The notes beneath the pieces are model-generated. The model was not told where the DNA came from and ran no database searches. It worked only from the letters and a program-made list of their open reading frames with translations. A stretch of 64,000 nt of DNA. Origin: an uncultured Gemmatimonadales bacterium (GTDB taxonomy: Bacteria > Gemmatimonadota > Gemmatimonadetes > Longimicrobiales > RSA9). The stretch's first letter is position 1, and every line of letters begins with the position of its first letter. The DNA lies in contig OY970192.1 in NCBI GenBank assembly GCA_963708135.1, forward strand, positions 2,944,001 through 3,008,000, read 5' to 3'. Below are positions 61,236 to 64,000 of this stretch, one piece after another. The translations under genes were made by a program, and so were the position numbers.

Positions 61236-62273
61236 ATGGCTGCCACGAAGAGCCCCACGAGCTTCTCACACTCCGACGCTCCGGAGCCGCACAAGGCGCG
61301 CACCCAGGCGATCCTTCGCGAGCACCCGGAAGTGCGGCAGCAGATCGGAAAGAACCCGTACTCGTTCGGGCTGATCGTGCTGCTGGTGGCGCTTCAGCTC
61401 GTGCTGGCGTACTGGCTCGCGGCGGAGCCGTGGTGGGCGCTGCTGCTCGTGGCCTACACGATTGGCGCGGTGGCTGATCACGGGCTCTTCGTGCTCGTCC
61501 ACGAGTGCGCGCACAACCTGCTCTTCCGGAAGCCGGTGCTGAACACGCTGGCGGGTATGCTGGCCAACGTGCCGAGCGTGATCCCGTCATCGGTCTCCTT
61601 CAAGCGCTACCACCTGAAGCACCACTCCTATCAGGGCGTCTACGAACTGGACGCGGACATCCCGAGTGAGTGGGAGGCGCGGCTGGTCGGGAACTCGGCG
61701 ATCCGGAAGGCCGCCTGGCTGCTGCTCTTCCCCCTCTTCCAGATGCTCCGGCCCTTCCGCATCACGAGCATGCGGCTCATCGACCGATGGGTGGCCGTGA
61801 ACATGGCGATCATCTTCGCCGTGGACATCGTCATCATCGCGCTGCTCGGACCGACCGCGTTCCTGTACCTGCTCGCGTCCGTCTTCTTCTCGGTCGGCCT
61901 GCATCCGGTGGGCGCCCGCTGGATCCAGCGGCACTGGCTGGTGGAGGACGAGCAGGAGACCTACAGCTACTACGGCAGGATGAACCTGCTGGCGTTCAAC
62001 GTCGGCTTCCACAACGAGCACCACGACTTCCCCTCGATCCCGTGGAACCGGCTGCCGCAGCTCGAGAGGACCGCGCCCGAGTACTACAAGCAGCTGACTT
62101 CCCACACCTCGTGGACGAGGCTGCTGCTCAAGTTCGTCTTCGACCCGAGCCTCTCGCTCTACTCCCGGATGGTGCGCGACAGCCGCGACGGCAGCCCCGA
62201 GCCCGCTCGCGAGCCGGTGGAAGCCGCCGCGCCCGTGGCCGCGACCGCTGCCGCGCAGGCACCCGGAAGCTGA
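61236..62273 (+). CDS. Membrane fatty acid desaturase, sphingolipid delta-4 (DES1/DEGS-like)
   Basis: His boxes HECAH, HLKHH and HNEHH; N-terminal EPHKARTQAILREHPEV; ETYSYYG..NVGFHNEHHDFP. Confidence 0.88.
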   Translation: MAATKSPTSFSHSDAPEPHKARTQAILREHPEVRQQIGKNPYSFGLIVLLVALQLVLAYWLAAEPWWALLLVAYTIGAVADHGLFVLVHECAHNLLFRKPVLNTLAGMLANVPSVIPSSVSFKRYHLKHHSYQGVYELDADIPSEWEARLVGNSAIRKAAWLLLFPLFQMLRPFRITSMRLIDRWVAVNMAIIFAVDIVIIALLGPTAFLYLLASVFFSVGLHPVGARWIQRHWLVEDEQETYSYYGRMNLLAFNVGFHNEHHDFPSIPWNRLPQLERTAPEYYKQLTSHTSWTRLLLKFVFDPSLSLYSRMVRDSRDGSPEPAREPVEAAAPVAATAAAQAPGS

Positions 62274-62291
62274 GGGCGCCCGGCACGGCGC

Positions 62292-64000
62292 TCACATCCG
62301 CCCCGCCGCCTCGGCCAGCTGGAACCCGCGCCGGCTGAGGCGCTCGACCTGTTCGAGGAGCCGCGCCAGGATGCGCCGCGCCGGCTCGGTGCCGGGGCCG
62401 TGGAGCACGCCCTCGAGCTCCTCGCGCAAGTGGCCGAACTCGCGCTCGAGCGCCTCCTCGCGCCACCCCTGGCGGCAACGCTGCGCTCCGTGCAGCTCCG
62501 CCGTCAGGCGCTGGACCTTGCTGGCGTCGCGCAGCCCCGGCGAGGAGGTGCCGCCGGATTCGCCGACCAGGATGAGTGCCTGGGCGAGCCCGGTCACGAG
62601 CCCGGCCGCGTGGCCGACGACCTCGGCTTCCGGCGCCCCGGCGATGGCCGGCATGCCGTCATCGGCGCGCAGGCGTCGGCCGAGCCCGTAGATGATGGGG
62701 TCGAGGGAGCGGAGCAGGCGACGCGCGGCGGTGGCGAGGCCCTGGAGCTCGACGTCGGGATCGGCTCCGAGTCCGTGCTCTGGATCGATCAGGGCGTCGG
62801 GGGAGGCCGGCAGCCAGAGCGTGAAGCAGGAGCCCTGGCCGGGCGTGCTCCGCACGGTCAGGTCGCCGCCCATGAGGCGGGCGAGCTGACGGCTGATGGT
62901 CAAGCCGAGACCCGTTCCGCCCTCGCGGCGGGTAAGGCCCGAGGTGCCCTGGTAGAAGGGCGCGAAGATGCCGTGTATCTCCTCCGGCGCGATGCCATCG
63001 CCATCGTCCTCCACCTCGATGAAGACCCAGCGTCCGTCGCGCGGCAGGCGCGTCCGGTTCCCCGGGCGCGCCGCGGCGCCACAGCGGACGGTGACCCGGC
63101 CCCCGGCGGGCGTGAACTTCGCCGCGTTGGAGAGCAGGTTCACGAGGATCTGGCGGACGCGATCCTCGTCGCCCACGTAGCAGAGATCGGGGTCCCCGCC
63201 GTGGTTCTCGACCAGGATCCCGCGCTCCGCCGCCTGCGGGCTGATCAGCGCCAGCGCGTCCAGCACGACGTCCGGGACGATGGCCCGCTGGTGCTCCACG
63301 CTCATCTGGCCCGACTCGACCTTGGCCAGGTCGAGCACCTCGTTCACGAGCCCGAGCAGGTGCCGGCTGCTCAGCTGGATGCGCTCGACCTGCGCCCGCT
63401 GCTCCGCCGTCAGCGGCCCCGCCAGCTCCATCTCGAGGAGCTCGGCGTAGCCCGTGATGGCGTTGATCGGGGTGCGGATCTCGTGGCTCATGGTGGCCAG
63501 GAACAGCGACTTGGCCTGGTTGGCGGCTTCCGCCTCGGCGCGCGCGAGCTGGGCCTGCCGGAACAGGCGCGCGTTGTCCACCGCGATGGCGCTGCGCGTG
63601 GCCAGGTCCTCCGCCAGCGCAAGGTCCGACTCACCGTAGTGGTAGCCGCTCTCCGGCATGACGAACGTCACCGCCCCGAGCACCACGCCGCGCGCGACGA
63701 GCGGCACGACCATGAGCGAGCCGATGCCGAGCGCCCGCAGGTGCGCCAGGTTCTCCTCGCTGTGCGCGGCGTTCACGAGCATCCCGTCCGTGACACGCGG
63801 GATCACGCGCGAGCAGCGCGTACGCACCACCGCCGGCACGCCCATCGGATCCTCGCGCTCCGGCGGCCAGCCGTCCTCCAGGCTGCGCGCCAGCATCTGC
63901 TTCTCCGGATCGGGGTGCACCACCGCCAGGCGGCGCATGCGGCCGTCATCCTCGATGATGTCCACGAAGCACCACGCACCCAGGTGGGGCAGCGCGAGCT
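62292..64000 (-). CDS. GAF-domain sensor histidine kinase, 5' end outside the window
   Basis: [32 protein letters not shown] and GGTGLGL. Confidence 0.92.
   Translation of the reverse strand, partial: LALPHLGAWCFVDIIEDDGRMRRLAVVHPDPEKQMLARSLEDGWPPEREDPMGVPAVVRTRCSRVIPRVTDGMLVNAAHSEENLAHLRALGIGSLMVVPLVARGVVLGAVTFVMPESGYHYGESDLALAEDLATRSAIAVDNARLFRQAQLARAEAEAANQAKSLFLATMSHEIRTPINAITGYAELLEMELAGPLTAEQRAQVERIQLSSRHLLGLVNEVLDLAKVESGQMSVEHQRAIVPDVVLDALALISPQAAERGILVENHGGDPDLCYVGDEDRVRQILVNLLSNAAKFTPAGGRVTVRCGAAARPGNRTRLPRDGRWVFIEVEDDGDGIAPEEIHGIFAPFYQGTSGLTRREGGTGLGLTISRQLARLMGGDLTVRSTPGQGSCFTLWLPASPDALIDPEHGLGADPDVELQGLATAARRLLRSLDPIIYGLGRRLRADDGMPAIAGAPEAEVVGHAAGLVTGLAQALILVGESGGTSSPGLRDASKVQRLTAELHGAQRCRQGWREEALEREFGHLREELEGVLHGPGTEPARRILARLLEQVERLSRRGFQLAEAAGRM

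Overview
A very GC-rich bacterial chromosomal window. The gene repertoire (TolB_N/TPR proteins, ADOP permease, PadR, VPS10/BNR hydrolase, RCC1+Ig lipoprotein, DUF4382) suggests Gemmatimonadota or a similar soil lineage; that assignment is inference. It holds about 50 coding regions. I saw no rRNA, tRNA, integrase, transposase or cas gene. Main blocks: (1) two TolB_N-TPR proteins, one frameshifted; (2) a cytochrome c / small subunit / GMC flavoprotein module; (3) a form II-type cox (molybdenum hydroxylase) cluster in two convergent arms, bracketed by arrays of a related 15-bp repeat; (4) ArsR-SRPBCC, TonB and CPBP genes; (5) a Cys-rich HTH regulator divergent from DUF4142 plus a dihaem cytochrome; (6) PadR, a DUF2723 fusion and an MFS transporter; (7) a GltD-like flavoprotein plus 2-oxoacid:acceptor oxidoreductase alpha/beta operon led by a tiny Cys-rich ORF; (8) SahR-like regulator and ahcY; (9) a 741-aa orphan; (10) a DEGS1-like sphingolipid delta-4 desaturase. 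Intergenic DNA carries several hairpin and tandem repeat families. Several genes have small indels or stops that could be real decay or assembly errors. All calls come from reading motifs by eye; no database searches were run.
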